A stretch of 64,000 nucleotides of DNA, taken from contig JAQTLZ010000004.1 of NCBI GenBank assembly GCA_028714635.1, forward strand, positions 32,354 to 96,353. The letters run 5' to 3'. Both the position numbers and the translations under genes were made by a program. The notes under the pieces are model-generated. The model was not told the DNA's origin. It did no database searches and worked only from the letters and a program-made list of their open reading frames with translations. The stretch is from Minisyncoccota bacterium. GTDB lineage: Bacteria > Patescibacteriota > Minisyncoccia > Phycocordibacterales > JAQTLZ01. Shown here in pieces: positions 39,302-50,170 of this stretch. Numbering within the stretch: position 1 is the stretch's first letter; each line of letters begins with the position of its first letter.

Positions 39302-40270
39302 TTAGTTTTTACGAGCCAGTTCAATCAAGTGCTCTATCAAATCTGACATTTTAGCTCCCACAACAGAAAGCGAATGAGCTATGGAAGTGTTTTCAGAAAA
39401 ACCTTGAAGAGGATCTATTTCAAGCAGATAAACGCCCCGTCTTGGATGGACAACAAAGTCGGTTTTTGAAATGTGCCGAATGCCTAAAATCTGATGAGCC
39501 TGGGCGGAGACTTTCTCCATTTTTTCTTTTTCTTTTTTAGTAAAATTGCCCGGACTTGCTCTTTCTAGAATTTCTTCAGCACGCATTTCGCTGTTAATAA
39601 ATTCGATTCCTTTTGATTTTCTCACTTCTATCGGAAAGAAAGAGTAATATTTCTTACCACGAAAATTTTCGACAACAATGCATTTTGCGTCCTTTCCCTT
39701 TATATATTCTTCGATAAGTGCGATCGGTGAATGCAGAAAAACATACCGTAGGGATTCTTTCAGTTCCTGCAAGGTTTTTGCGAGCGATACTCCGCGGGAA
39801 AGCGAATCCGAAACGGGCTTCACCACTGCGGGCATTGGAAACGACCTGAAAATTTCCATTATCCGATTCTCGTTGTATTCATCTTTGTGCATCACAATCG
39901 AGTGAGGGGTTTTTATGCCATGTTTTTCGAGAATTCTTTTTGTCAGAGCTTTATTTCTCGATAAAACGGAAGAGAGAGGATCTCCACCAGTGTAAGGAAT
40001 ATTATGAGATTCAAAAATATGCTCTACTTGCGCGTTTTCTGAATAATTGCCGACTATAAGAGCATTAAAGATTACGTCTATTCTCGGAAAAAGTTTTTCC
40101 GGAATGATCGGCAGTCCCTGGAAATGCCATGTTCCATCTTTCGTTATGAGAATGTCATAGCCGACATACTTTTCCGGTAGATTTTTAAGAACATTCGCTC
40201 CGCTTTTGAGAGATTTTTCATATTCGCGGGAAGTTCCTCCGCGCAAAACTCCGACACGGATCTTTGACAT
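39302..40270 (-). CDS. D-alanine--D-alanine ligase-like ATP-grasp protein (degenerate motifs)
   Basis: VLRGGTSREYEKSLKSG, IPYTG, VVKP, ALIEEYIKG, YLLEI; several catalytic motifs differ from Ddl. Confidence 0.75.
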   Translation of the reverse strand: MSKIRVGVLRGGTSREYEKSLKSGANVLKNLPEKYVGYDILITKDGTWHFQGLPIIPEKLFPRIDVIFNALIVGNYSENAQVEHIFESHNIPYTGGDPLSSVLSRNKALTKRILEKHGIKTPHSIVMHKDEYNENRIMEIFRSFPMPAVVKPVSDSLSRGVSLAKTLQELKESLRYVFLHSPIALIEEYIKGKDAKCIVVENFRGKKYYSFFPIEVRKSKGIEFINSEMRAEEILERASPGNFTKKEKEKMEKVSAQAHQILGIRHISKTDFVVHPRRGVYLLEIDPLQGFSENTSIAHSLSVVGAKMSDLIEHLIELARKN

Positions 40271-40303
40271 AGAAAAATTATACCACAGAGAACATAGCCT
40301 AGA

Positions 40304-41515
40304 TTAGAACAGTTTTCCCCTGACTCTTTTATGATACGAAATTGCGAATCGGTGCGCTTCGCTGTTTGCTAAGAGAATTTCTTTCTTATATTTTCGAGCA
40401 AGTAATTCGTCTCCCAGGAAATGATCGGGCTTGTGGCGGTCGTCTTTTACTACGTTTATGATTGGAGTTTTCAGTCCAAAATTTTCTAGCACTTTTTCTG
40501 CCAAATTTCTTTGTGCAATTCCCCCGTCTATTACTATCAAATTTGCAGTTGGCCATTCAGAGTGTTTCAGTCTGCGTTCAAGTACTTCTCGAAGCGCTCC
40601 CGTGTCGCTTCCCGCTTTGGCAGTGCGGATTTTAAACATCCGATAATCGGCCTTTTTTACTTCCCCATCTTCCACAACAGTCATTACGCCAACGGTTGAA
40701 GTTCCGCTTATATGAGCAACGTCATAAGCTTCGATTCTCATGTATCCCTTATTCGCGCGAATTAGGGATATATCAGATTTGAGGAGAGCGACGTCTTGGA
40801 TATGGCCGAGCGCGAAAATTTGTTTTTTGATCTTGTCTGCTTTTTCAAATTCTCTATTCTTGGCGAGGGTTTTCATCTCTTTCTCAAGAGATCTTACAAG
40901 AGTAGATTTTTTCCCCTCAAAAAAGAGTTTCAAGTGTGTGATTTGCCGAGCATACTCAACTTTTCCCATTCGTCCATCGCATACGCCCGGGCAAAGGCCG
41001 ATTTGGGCGTTGAAACACAATTTTCCTTGAAGTGGAGTACAAGTGTCCCGATATGGGAAAATTTTCCGAATAATTTTGAGTGCAATTTTTAACTGTCCGC
41101 CATTTGGAAAGGGGCCGAAAATATCTTTCACTTTATAATCCAGAGAATCTAGATTTTTACCGCGAACCAAAAGAATACGAGGAAAATCTTCTTTTGTGAA
41201 AACGACATAGTTGTAGCTTTTATCATCTTTTTCATCCGTATTGTATTTTGGCTGATGCTTCTTTATAAGAGCAGCTTCAAGAATGAGGGCTTCAAGAACC
41301 GAATCAGTAATCTGAAAATCAATTGAATCGGCTTTTTCAACCATTTTGGTGATAAGCGGGCTCCGAGCTTCCCCAAGCCGTGCTGAAAAATAGCTCTTTA
41401 CTCGGTCGTGAAGAGATGTGGCTTTGCCGATATAAAGAATCTCTTTTTCATATCGAAAAAAGTATACTCCGGGCAAGTCTGGCAGATTTTTTAATGATTC
41501 TTGACTAATTGACAT
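40304..41515 (-). CDS. uvrC: Excinuclease ABC subunit C-like (GIY-YIG, UVR, RNase H-like; no HhH tail)
   Basis: PGVYFF...LYIGKA, EALILEA.LIKK.QPKYN, RIEAYDVAHISG, VIDGG, EAHRFAISYH. Confidence 0.88.
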   Translation of the reverse strand: MSISQESLKNLPDLPGVYFFRYEKEILYIGKATSLHDRVKSYFSARLGEARSPLITKMVEKADSIDFQITDSVLEALILEAALIKKHQPKYNTDEKDDKSYNYVVFTKEDFPRILLVRGKNLDSLDYKVKDIFGPFPNGGQLKIALKIIRKIFPYRDTCTPLQGKLCFNAQIGLCPGVCDGRMGKVEYARQITHLKLFFEGKKSTLVRSLEKEMKTLAKNREFEKADKIKKQIFALGHIQDVALLKSDISLIRANKGYMRIEAYDVAHISGTSTVGVMTVVEDGEVKKADYRMFKIRTAKAGSDTGALREVLERRLKHSEWPTANLIVIDGGIAQRNLAEKVLENFGLKTPIINVVKDDRHKPDHFLGDELLARKYKKEILLANSEAHRFAISYHKRVRGKLF

Positions 41516-41588
41516 AATAGTGTTTTGAATGATACAGTAAGGGCCGTTACTTTGGCAAGGAAACCGAAAAGAAAAGGAGAATTCAGAG

Positions 41589-42341
41589 ATGACAAAAAAA
41601 GTGCTGATCGTGGAGGACAGCGAAGGAATCCAGGATCTTTGCTGGCAAGCGTTGGTAAAGGGTGTGGGATTTCCCCAAGAAGACATCCTTCAGGCCTACA
41701 CCATCGGAGAGGCCAAGGGTTTGTTCAAGACAAACAGCGCCGATATCGCCATCATTTTCTTTGATGGAAAGCTTGGCGAGAAGACATCCATTAAGCTGGT
41801 GAAGGAGATTCGTCAGAAGTTCGACGGTGTGATGGTCGCAGCGTCGAGTGACATCAACGATGAACTCATCGCCGCTGGCTGTACCAAAACGTGGGCCAAG
41901 AATCCGATGGCAGACTTTGTCTCAATGGTCGTTGAGGCGACAGGGTGGGTCAAAAAGAAGAAGATTCTCGCCATAGAATCCTGCTCACCCGCAAGCAGGG
42001 AGGCAATGCTCCGAGCGTTTGAAGTCGAAGCAGAACGGATTGGCGTAGACCTCATCCTGCCCCAGAGACTGGGGAAGGAGTTTGACGCAGAGAATGTTGT
42101 TGCTGTAGTTCAAATGTCGCGGATCGACGGAGTCATTCTGAGCGGATTTACGATCATCGAGGACCAATGGCTCTTTGCTATCTTTACCCGGTTACAAGAG
42201 GAAAAGATTCCGGTGTTGGTTGTATCTGAAGACGGCCCGTGGATCAAGCGCATTGCGGAAGCTGGCTGTCCTGAAGATTTTCGCATGCACGACAAGAGCA
42301 AGGCTTTGGAAAGATTCAAGGCATTACTCACCACGCAATGA
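41589..42341 (+). CDS. Orphan protein with tandem receiver (REC)-like domains
   Basis: KKVLIVEDS...IIFFDG...AASS...WAK; second degenerate repeat KKILAIES...GVILSG...IPVLVVSE...HDK; AAGGAG RBS. Confidence 0.65.
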   Translation: MTKKVLIVEDSEGIQDLCWQALVKGVGFPQEDILQAYTIGEAKGLFKTNSADIAIIFFDGKLGEKTSIKLVKEIRQKFDGVMVAASSDINDELIAAGCTKTWAKNPMADFVSMVVEATGWVKKKKILAIESCSPASREAMLRAFEVEAERIGVDLILPQRLGKEFDAENVVAVVQMSRIDGVILSGFTIIEDQWLFAIFTRLQEEKIPVLVVSEDGPWIKRIAEAGCPEDFRMHDKSKALERFKALLTTQ

Positions 42342-42392
42342 GTTTCTGAAGTTTGTTAGACGATATTGGGGTAAGCGCAAGCTTGCTCCTTT

Positions 42393-44987
42393 TTATTTCA
42401 AAGCTTTCTTCAAATATTTGCCTGTGTAAGACTTAGTATTATTGGCAACTTCTTCCGGAGTCCCCTTTGCCACCACTTTCCCTCCCCCATTTCCTCCTTC
42501 TGGACCGATATCAATAATATAGTCAGAACTTTTTATGACATCCATGTTGTGTTCGATCACGAGCACTGTGTTACCGTGCTTCACCAGCCTTTGCAAAATT
42601 TCAATTAGTTTTCGCACATCTTCGTAGTGAAGGCCGATTGTCGGCTCATCCAAAATGTAAAGTGTCTTTTGAAGATGAGGACGGTATAGCTCTGACGAAA
42701 TTTTTACTCTTTGCGCTTCCCCGCCGGAAAGCGTTGTCGCTGATTGGCCAAGTCTTAAATATCCAAGACCCACCTCATCAAGTGTCTTCATTCGATCATA
42801 AATAGCTGGAATATCCTCGAAGAATTTGAGTCCTTCTTCTACTGTCATCTGAAGCACATCATAAATACTTTTCTTTTTGTATTTAATTTCGAGCGTTTCT
42901 TTCATGAATCGCTTTCCTTCACAGACTTCGCAAGGAACGTAGACTGTCGGCAAAAAATGCATTTCAACGGCAATCATTCCGTTTCCCTGGCAGTTTTCAC
43001 AGCGTCCGCCTTTTACATTGAATGAAAATCGATTGGCTTTCCATCCGCGAGCGCGAGCTTCGGCTGAAGCTGCAAAAAGATCTCGGATGAATATCCACGA
43101 ACCTGTGTAGGTTACAGGATTTGAACGAGGAGTTCGGCCGATCGGACTTTGGTCAATGAGAATCGTTCGTCCAATATATTCGCTTCCTGTGAATGAAGAG
43201 CAATTGTGAGTATCGTTTGAACGGAAATGGCGTTCAAGTCGGCATTGGAGATTTTTATGGATTATTTCGTACACGAGGGAGGATTTCCCAGAACCAGACA
43301 CACCGGTCACGCTCACAAGTCTGCCAAGCGGAACATCGAGATCCATATTTTTAATATTGAAGATATTTCCGTTGCGGATTTTCAGCGCACCTTTTTCTTC
43401 AGTTCGTCTTTCTTCCGGCGGTTCTATTGCCGTTTCTCCGCGCAGATATGAAAGAGTAAGAGATTTCGAATCATTTTTCTTGGCCAGAAGAAGTTTTTCA
43501 AGATAATCGGCGACAACGATTTCTCCGCCGTGTACTCCTGCTCCCGGGCCAATGTCTACTATGTAATCCGATGCAAAAATCGTATCTTCGTCATGTTCTA
43601 CAACGACAATAGTGTTTCCAATATCACGAAGGTGGAGCAGGGTTTTAATAAGTCGGTCATTATCTCTCGCATGAAGACCGATGGTCGGCTCATCAAGCAC
43701 ATAGAGCGCTCCCACAAGCCCGGAACCAAGTTGTGAAGCGAGGCGAATTCGCTGCGCTTCTCCACCCGAGAGCGTATGGGCGCGCCTATCGAGAGAGAGA
43801 TAATCAATACCGACATCGATCATAAATTGGAGCCTACTTTCAATTTCTTTTATGATCACCTTCGAGATATTTTTTTCTGTGGCGGTGAGTTTGAGTTTCG
43901 AGAAAAAATCAAAACAATCCGCGATAGACATTCCAACCAGATTCACAATATTTACTTTTCCTTCGCCAAGAAATACATGAAGGGCTTCTTCCCGAAGCCG
44001 AGCGCCTTTGCACTTTGGACAGGGTTCTTCACCGAAAAAATGTTTTGTTCCAAGTCCGTTACATTCTGGACACGCTCCATATGGGGAATTGAAGGAGAAA
44101 AGGCGGGGCTCGATTTCTGGATATGAAAATCCATCATATGCGCACATGAATTTTGCAGAGATGAGATGCTCTTTTGTTTCTCCGCCTTCTCCGGGGTATT
44201 CGATTCGGAGAAGTCCGTCAGATTCGGCAAGTGCACGTTCAATCGCTTCACTAAGCCTTTCGTGAGCTCCACTTTTTGATTTTAGATCTTTGAGTTCTGT
44301 GACGAAAATTTCATCAACAACCACATCAATGTCGTGCTTTTGAGTTTTGGAAAGAATAATTTGTTCCCGCAACTTTTTATTTTTCCCATCCACTCGCACT
44401 TCTTTATATCCTTTCCCGAGAAGATCGTAGAGAAGTTGGTAATATTCACCTTTTCTTCCAACAACAAGGGGCGACAGAATTCGAATTTTAAGAGTATCGT
44501 ATACGACTCCCATTACCTTTTTAGTTGTACCAGTTTCGATAGATTCGACAGTTTTGAGAATCGTTTCAAGAATTTCTTCGTTCGTATGCTTTTTAATAAC
44601 TCTTCCGCAAATGAGACAGTGTGGTTTGCCTACACGAGCGTAAAGAATACGGAGGTAGTCGTAAATTTCTGTGATAGTAGCAACAGTTGAGCGAGGATTA
44701 TTCGAGCGGGATTTTTGGTCGATTGAAATTGCAGGAGAAAGGCCGATGATCTCGTCCACATCCGGCTTTTGCATTTGGCGCAAGAATTGTCGAGCGTATG
44801 AAGAAAGAGATTCGACATATCGCCGCTGTCCTTCAGCAAAAATGGTATCGAACGCCAAAGACGACTTCCCGCTTCCGGAAAGCCCTGTGAAAACAACCAT
44901 TTTATTGCGAGGCATCTCTACCGTCACATTTTTTAGGTTGTGGGTGCGGGCGCCCCTGATAACTAATTTATCTTGATTTTCCTTCAT
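42393..44987 (-). CDS. uvrA: Excinuclease ABC subunit A
   Basis: [29 protein letters not shown], second GVSGSGKS, Zn-finger CxxC pairs. Confidence 0.97.
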   Translation of the reverse strand: MKENQDKLVIRGARTHNLKNVTVEMPRNKMVVFTGLSGSGKSSLAFDTIFAEGQRRYVESLSSYARQFLRQMQKPDVDEIIGLSPAISIDQKSRSNNPRSTVATITEIYDYLRILYARVGKPHCLICGRVIKKHTNEEILETILKTVESIETGTTKKVMGVVYDTLKIRILSPLVVGRKGEYYQLLYDLLGKGYKEVRVDGKNKKLREQIILSKTQKHDIDVVVDEIFVTELKDLKSKSGAHERLSEAIERALAESDGLLRIEYPGEGGETKEHLISAKFMCAYDGFSYPEIEPRLFSFNSPYGACPECNGLGTKHFFGEEPCPKCKGARLREEALHVFLGEGKVNIVNLVGMSIADCFDFFSKLKLTATEKNISKVIIKEIESRLQFMIDVGIDYLSLDRRAHTLSGGEAQRIRLASQLGSGLVGALYVLDEPTIGLHARDNDRLIKTLLHLRDIGNTIVVVEHDEDTIFASDYIVDIGPGAGVHGGEIVVADYLEKLLLAKKNDSKSLTLSYLRGETAIEPPEERRTEEKGALKIRNGNIFNIKNMDLDVPLGRLVSVTGVSGSGKSSLVYEIIHKNLQCRLERHFRSNDTHNCSSFTGSEYIGRTILIDQSPIGRTPRSNPVTYTGSWIFIRDLFAASAEARARGWKANRFSFNVKGGRCENCQGNGMIAVEMHFLPTVYVPCEVCEGKRFMKETLEIKYKKKSIYDVLQMTVEEGLKFFEDIPAIYDRMKTLDEVGLGYLRLGQSATTLSGGEAQRVKISSELYRPHLQKTLYILDEPTIGLHYEDVRKLIEILQRLVKHGNTVLVIEHNMDVIKSSDYIIDIGPEGGNGGGKVVAKGTPEEVANNTKSYTGKYLKKALK

Positions 44988-45113
44988 AAAAGACAGCAAA
45001 GACCTACGCGGTGACGCATAGGGTTATGTATGAATTGTTCTAGTCTACTATAATCTTAGAAAAAGAAAAAGCTCGAACCGAAGTCCGAGCTCCGTGGAAA
45101 TCCTTTCGAACTT

Positions 45114-45326
45114 CTAAAAGAGTATGCTTCCAGGGCTCCAACTGAAGGAGCGATGATTTTTCTTGATCGTTTCCGGATGTGATCTCGGAGACGACTCGAA
45201 GTCTTGGGGTTGGGATGGTTCTACTTGGGGCATGATCTTTTCGCCCCTTCGTTCCATCTCTGCGAAAACCTCGACAATGTTACAGCGTTTTGAAAGGCCA
45301 CCGCGAGCCTCTTTTCCTTGTAGCAT
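45114..45326 (-). CDS. Small orphan hypothetical protein (70 aa)
   Basis: AAAGGAG RBS before ATG 45326; hairpin agctcg...cgagct downstream. Confidence 0.4.
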   Translation of the reverse strand: MLQGKEARGGLSKRCNIVEVFAEMERRGEKIMPQVEPSQPQDFESSPRSHPETIKKNHRSFSWSPGSILF

Positions 45327-45405
45327 TTGCGCTAATCTCCTTTCCCGTGTTGTACTTCCCCGAACAGGTATAGCAAAAAGAAACCTTGAGGTCAAAGTGG
45401 AAAAG

Positions 45406-46122
45406 TTAGGAAACTGTCTTATTTGTTGGAATAGTGAAGAAAAATGTGGTTCCTTTTCCCTCTTCGCTTTCAAACCATATTTTTCCTCCCTGTCCTTCGA
45501 GCACATTTTTGATGATGTAAAGCCCAAGTCCGATTCCATCCCTTCTCTGCTTAATTGCGTTTTTCGCGCGGAAAAATTCGCTGAAAATCTTCGGCTGTTC
45601 TTCTTTCGAAATTCCAATTCCTTGGTCAGAAACTGATACTGTAAATTCATCTTTACCCGGAACTAATTTCACGCTTATTTTCGTACCTGGTTTTGAATAA
45701 GTTACGGCGTTTTCTATGAGGTTTTGAAGTATGGTATGAATTTTATTTGGATCTACAACCAAGGGAGGAAGTGAAAGTCCTTCTGTCTCAAAAACTAAAT
45801 CAATTCCATAGCGTTCTGCCAAAGGAAGGAAGCTTGTGACAATATTTGAGATGAGATCCACAACTTGGGTTTCCTCGTAGTTGTACTGAAATTTTCCAGA
45901 CTTCAATGTATCTAAACTTAAAATATCATTCACAATTGCAATGGTGTTGTCGTTGTCCTCATAACATTTTTCCAGAACTTTCATTTGCTCGTCATTCAAA
46001 GGCCCAAGATCGCCTTTGAGTACTCCGGATAATGTCCATTTAATTCCTGCGAGAGGTGTGCGCAACTGGTGTACGAGAATAGTAGCAAAATCACCTTTTG
46101 CATCTTTTTTTTCTTCAGACAT
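45406..46122 (-). CDS. Sensorless histidine kinase (HisKA + HATPase)
   Basis: H box HQLRTPL, N box NLIENA, G1 DQGIGI, F box IFSEFFR, G2 GIGLGL. Confidence 0.92.
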   Translation of the reverse strand: MSEEKKDAKGDFATILVHQLRTPLAGIKWTLSGVLKGDLGPLNDEQMKVLEKCYEDNDNTIAIVNDILSLDTLKSGKFQYNYEETQVVDLISNIVTSFLPLAERYGIDLVFETEGLSLPPLVVDPNKIHTILQNLIENAVTYSKPGTKISVKLVPGKDEFTVSVSDQGIGISKEEQPKIFSEFFRAKNAIKQRRDGIGLGLYIIKNVLEGQGGKIWFESEEGKGTTFFFTIPTNKTVS

Positions 46123-46137
46123 GGGAATATTCTAACA

Positions 46138-48171
46138 CTAAGACTTTTTCTTAGCCATTGAGTTTTGCAACATCGCAATCTCGTCTCGAAGAAGTGCTGC
46201 GGTCTCAAAATCGAGTACTTTTACGGCAGCATTCATCTGTTTCTCTTTTTCTTTAATAAATTTTGCAGGATTCTTCTTAAAAAATTTATCATCAAGCTCG
46301 ATCAAATTTTTGAGCGTTTTCGAGTGCTTGTTTTCCATTGTCTCGGTAATGTCATGAATTTTCTTCAGAATCGTTTTGGGAGTGATGCTGTGTTTCGTAT
46401 TATAAGCGACTTGAAGAGCCCTGCGACGATTGGTCTCGCTTATCGCTCTTTCCATTGAACCGGTCATGTTGTCAGCATAAAGAATCACGTGGCCAAGCAC
46501 GTTTCGGGCGGCACGGCCGATAGTTTGAATGAGCGAGGTTTCAGAGCGGAGAAATCCCTCCTTGTCAGCATCCAAAATTCCGATGAGCTCAACTTCCGGC
46601 AGATCAAGCCCTTCTCGCAGTAAGTTTACCCCGACTATGCAGTCAAATTTCCCTTTTCGAAATTCAGTTAGAATTCTAATGCGATCAAGCGTTTCGATGT
46701 CGCTATGCAGATATTCCGCTTTTACGCCGCGCTCTTTGAGATATTCGCTCAAATCTTCTGCCATTTTTTTGGTGAGCGTTGTCGCGATAACACGATTCCC
46801 TCTTTTAATCACCGCTTCGGCTTCCATTATGAAGTCCTTGATTTGACCTTGAAATTTTCCTTTTGAAATGATTGGACGGATAATTATTTCAGGATCAATA
46901 AGACCTGTTGGGCGAATGACCTGCTCAACTATCTGTTGGCTTTCTTTTTTTTCATATTCTCCCGGAGTGGCGGACGTATAAATTACTTGTCCAACTCTTT
47001 CTCGAAATTCTTCGGCCTTGAGTGGGCGATTATCTTTCGCGGAAGGAAGTCGGAAGCCGTGTTCGATCAAAGTTTTCTTTCGAGAAGCATCCCCAGCGTA
47101 CATTCCTCCAATTTGGGGCACAGTTACGTGCGATTCATCTATAATAGTGAGAAAATCTGCTGAACCATCTGCTTTGTGCGGGAAATAGGAAAGCAAAGAG
47201 TCTGGCGGTTCACCTTCCATTTTCCCCGAGAAGTGTCGAGAATAGTTTTCAATTCCGTTGCAATAGCCAACTTCGCGGATGAGCGCCAGATCGTATCTTG
47301 TTCGTCGCTTGATTCTCTCTGCTTCCAAAAGCTTTCCTTCCTTATCGAATTTTTTGATTTGTTCTTTGAGCTCGGCTTCGATAGTTTGGAGGGCGCTTTT
47401 TACTCCTTCGGAAGTGCTGATGAAATGTTTTGCCGGAAAAAGGAAAAAATTGTCCACGTTTTCTAAAACTGAACGGCTGATTGCATCAATGACTTCAATC
47501 TCGTCGATGACACTTTCTTTGAAACTTAAACGGTAAATGAGTTTCTCATTGACCGGCATTATTTCAATCGCATTTCCAAGTGCCCTGAAAAGTCCGGGCT
47601 CAAGGTCAGCATTAGTGCGTTCAAAATGGAGATTTACCAGTTTTCGAATGAAATCTGCGCGTGAAATAACCTGATTCTTTTCAATTTTCAAATTCACCTT
47701 CTCATATTCAACCGGAGAACCCAAACCGTAAATACAAGAAACCGAAGCAACAATAATGACATCACTTCGCGTGAGAAGTGCCTGTGTCGATGCGTGGCGA
47801 AGTCGGTCAATTTCATCATTTATCATTGCCTCCTTTTCGATATATGTGTCGGTGGTTGGCAAATACGCTTCCGGCTGGTAGTAGTCGTAATACGAAACAA
47901 AATAATGCACAGCATTTTCTGGGAAAAATTCTTTGTATTCTTGAGCGAGCTGGGCAGCGAGCGTTTTGTTGTGAGCAATGACAAGCGTCGGTTTCTGAAC
48001 TTTTTCGATGATGTTTGCGACAGTAAAAGTTTTCCCAGAACCGGTAACCCCAAGAAGTGTTTGGTGATTCATTCCTTCTTTGAGCCCCTTTACGAGTGCA
48101 GAAATAGCGAGTGGCTGGTCACCCGCAGGTTTGAATTCCGATTTCAACTTGAATTTCTTTTCTAACTTCAT
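46138..48171 (-). CDS. uvrB: Excinuclease ABC subunit B
   Basis: GVTGSGKT, YYDYYQPEAY, DESH, NLLREGLD, QTIGRAARN, C-terminal UVR. Confidence 0.98.
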   Translation of the reverse strand: MKLEKKFKLKSEFKPAGDQPLAISALVKGLKEGMNHQTLLGVTGSGKTFTVANIIEKVQKPTLVIAHNKTLAAQLAQEYKEFFPENAVHYFVSYYDYYQPEAYLPTTDTYIEKEAMINDEIDRLRHASTQALLTRSDVIIVASVSCIYGLGSPVEYEKVNLKIEKNQVISRADFIRKLVNLHFERTNADLEPGLFRALGNAIEIMPVNEKLIYRLSFKESVIDEIEVIDAISRSVLENVDNFFLFPAKHFISTSEGVKSALQTIEAELKEQIKKFDKEGKLLEAERIKRRTRYDLALIREVGYCNGIENYSRHFSGKMEGEPPDSLLSYFPHKADGSADFLTIIDESHVTVPQIGGMYAGDASRKKTLIEHGFRLPSAKDNRPLKAEEFRERVGQVIYTSATPGEYEKKESQQIVEQVIRPTGLIDPEIIIRPIISKGKFQGQIKDFIMEAEAVIKRGNRVIATTLTKKMAEDLSEYLKERGVKAEYLHSDIETLDRIRILTEFRKGKFDCIVGVNLLREGLDLPEVELIGILDADKEGFLRSETSLIQTIGRAARNVLGHVILYADNMTGSMERAISETNRRRALQVAYNTKHSITPKTILKKIHDITETMENKHSKTLKNLIELDDKFFKKNPAKFIKEKEKQMNAAVKVLDFETAALLRDEIAMLQNSMAKKKS

Positions 48172-48278
48172 ATCGAGAAACTATACTATTCTGATAGATA
48201 AAAACAAAGGGCATCTTGACGACGCCCTTGTAACACGAATATTGCTGCAAAGATATGAGTCGGTTCTGGCCCCGACAA

Positions 48279-48530
48279 TCAGCATCCGATGAGATGACAC
48301 AGGCGGGTCCACCAGCTCACTTTTTTCAGATGGCCGACATAGACATGCCTGACCTCGTTCGGGTGGCCATCGAACCGCACGTGGCAGTGACTGATATCGA
48401 ATTGCGAATGATTAGTGATCCTTCCGGAGGTGCCGGCATCAACGACGAGCTTATAATTGTCGCCGTAAATTGGCGCTCCCGTAATCACTGACGTCCCAAC
48501 TGGCAGATCTGCCACCGTAACTGTTCTCAT
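48279..48530 (-). CDS. Small orphan hypothetical protein (SH3-like beta composition possible)
   Basis: AGGAG RBS; 83 aa; hairpin downstream. Confidence 0.45.
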   Translation of the reverse strand: MRTVTVADLPVGTSVITGAPIYGDNYKLVVDAGTSGRITNHSQFDISHCHVRFDGHPNEVRHVYVGHLKKVSWWTRLCHLIGC

Positions 48531-48709
48531 GGCTTGTCCCTCTCCTAATCTGGTCTTCCCCCGTTTGTACTACGCCCAACGCCAAATTGCATCATACACA
48601 AATATCCAATTTTTCTCAATAATGAAAAGTAGCCACGGTCGTGAGACACGTGGCTACGGTTATTGTTTATCTGCTCGCCCAGTGCGAAGCAGATTTACTT
48701 CTGGTTTTG

Positions 48710-50038
48710 TTACGCGCCCGGCTTAAAGCTGAAGCTCTGCACTTGCACGGCTTTCTTCAAGTTGGCCTTCTTTTTGGGGTTGTGTACAAAGACGATCACC
48801 CCCGTGCTGCTGTCTATTGTACGGCCGGTAAATGTTGCTTCTAGGCCATACAATACAGGATCCTGCTCTGCAACGCCGGTGAGCGTTTTCTTCCCATTCA
48901 AACCGTCCACAACATAGTAGTGAACAATCAAATGGTCGGAGCTTGTAGTTGTCGGGTTCACTGTCGGCTTCACAACACCCTTACCGCCCGCGGAAATCGT
49001 AAACGGCGCCGAAAATGCTCGAAAGGTGCGGTCAGTCTTCTCAACGAAGATCTGATACACACCCGGCGGAACATCATACTCGATGTACCATTGCGTTTCC
49101 TCGGAGTCGGGGAAAAAGTTTTCGGCAATAGAGCCGACCCACTTCATCGAGGTGTCAATCCTTCGGACCATCACATTTGCCCTGACGAGTCCGTCAGAGC
49201 TATACCCAAACCTCAGGTAATCCCCCAAGGAGTACTCATACTGGAGCGGGTATACGCTGATTTGCGTATCAGTGATCGTGAAATAGCTTTCGCTTTGACC
49301 GCCGTAATACCCCTGCACGGTAACGCGATACACACCTGCATGTGTTCCGATTGGTATCGGCGCGTCTCCTTTTCCCGCGATAAACATTTCATCGGGGATA
49401 GTGATAAACAACCGGTGGCCGTAGCCGTATTCAGATTCCAGATACTCGAACCTGCGGAACGCTCCCGTGTCGATATTTTGAATCAACACGGAACTTCCAT
49501 ATTGCTGGAAATCACCGCCGTAGATGGTCAACTCCTCTCCCACAGCTATGATTTCCGGATCGAGAAATGAAATCGTCGGCGGCGAAATCAAATTGAAAAC
49601 GCTGCCACGAATGTTCCCGACGAACGTTCCGTTACCCTTCCCATCGCTGAAAAGGGAAATTTGGATGAAGTACAGGCCGTCCGGCAGCTGTGCGCCGGTA
49701 TCGGTTGTTCGTGGTTGGAAATCCACCCACGTGTACTCATCCTGTACTGGTGTCCCGAAACTAATCGTAGACACATACACATCCTGATAGCCCATCGGGC
49801 TCGGCATCAAGTACCAGAGGCTTGCCTGCAGGTTCGTGATGCCGAGATCCGGATTGATTCGCACAGTCACCGTGTAGTACTCACCGGTGACCAACGTCGA
49901 GCCGTTATCGGGCCATCTGACCTCAGCGTCAAGCCCAGCCGCGGGCATTGCTTGCGGTTCCTCCGCCACAGCGAATGTCATGGGCGCACAGCCCAGAAAC
50001 ATCGCGACCAAAAAACCAGAAAAGATTTTGAAGAACAT
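48710..50038 (-). CDS. Secreted protein with Ig-like/IPT-TIG beta-sandwich repeats
   Basis: Signal peptide, PTISFLDP...GEELTIYGGDF (IPT/TIG-like), AGGAGG RBS, TTGACT-N17-TATACT promoter at ~50154-50126. Confidence 0.6.
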   Translation of the reverse strand: MFFKIFSGFLVAMFLGCAPMTFAVAEEPQAMPAAGLDAEVRWPDNGSTLVTGEYYTVTVRINPDLGITNLQASLWYLMPSPMGYQDVYVSTISFGTPVQDEYTWVDFQPRTTDTGAQLPDGLYFIQISLFSDGKGNGTFVGNIRGSVFNLISPPTISFLDPEIIAVGEELTIYGGDFQQYGSSVLIQNIDTGAFRRFEYLESEYGYGHRLFITIPDEMFIAGKGDAPIPIGTHAGVYRVTVQGYYGGQSESYFTITDTQISVYPLQYEYSLGDYLRFGYSSDGLVRANVMVRRIDTSMKWVGSIAENFFPDSEETQWYIEYDVPPGVYQIFVEKTDRTFRAFSAPFTISAGGKGVVKPTVNPTTTSSDHLIVHYYVVDGLNGKKTLTGVAEQDPVLYGLEATFTGRTIDSSTGVIVFVHNPKKKANLKKAVQVQSFSFKPGA

Positions 50039-50170
50039 TGTGTAGCCTCCTAAATTTGAAGCCTCCGCCACGAAATGAAAAAGCCGGATGATTCCAGCTT
50101 TAATTCATCTCCCTACCTACTAGGAGTATAGCACATCTGGGCATTAAAGTCAATAGTTTTTAGCCTTACT

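Noticed and set aside
44990-45110. LexA/SOS box upstream of uvrA or uvrB
   Set aside because: No CTGT-N8-ACAG or GAAC-N4-GTTC match and no palindrome shared by the uvr upstream regions; only unrelated hairpins.
45114-45650. 178-aa minus ORF and 157-aa plus ORF overlapping the histidine kinase
   Set aside because: They overlap a clear kinase gene; only the SD-led last 70 codons of the minus ORF are plausible.
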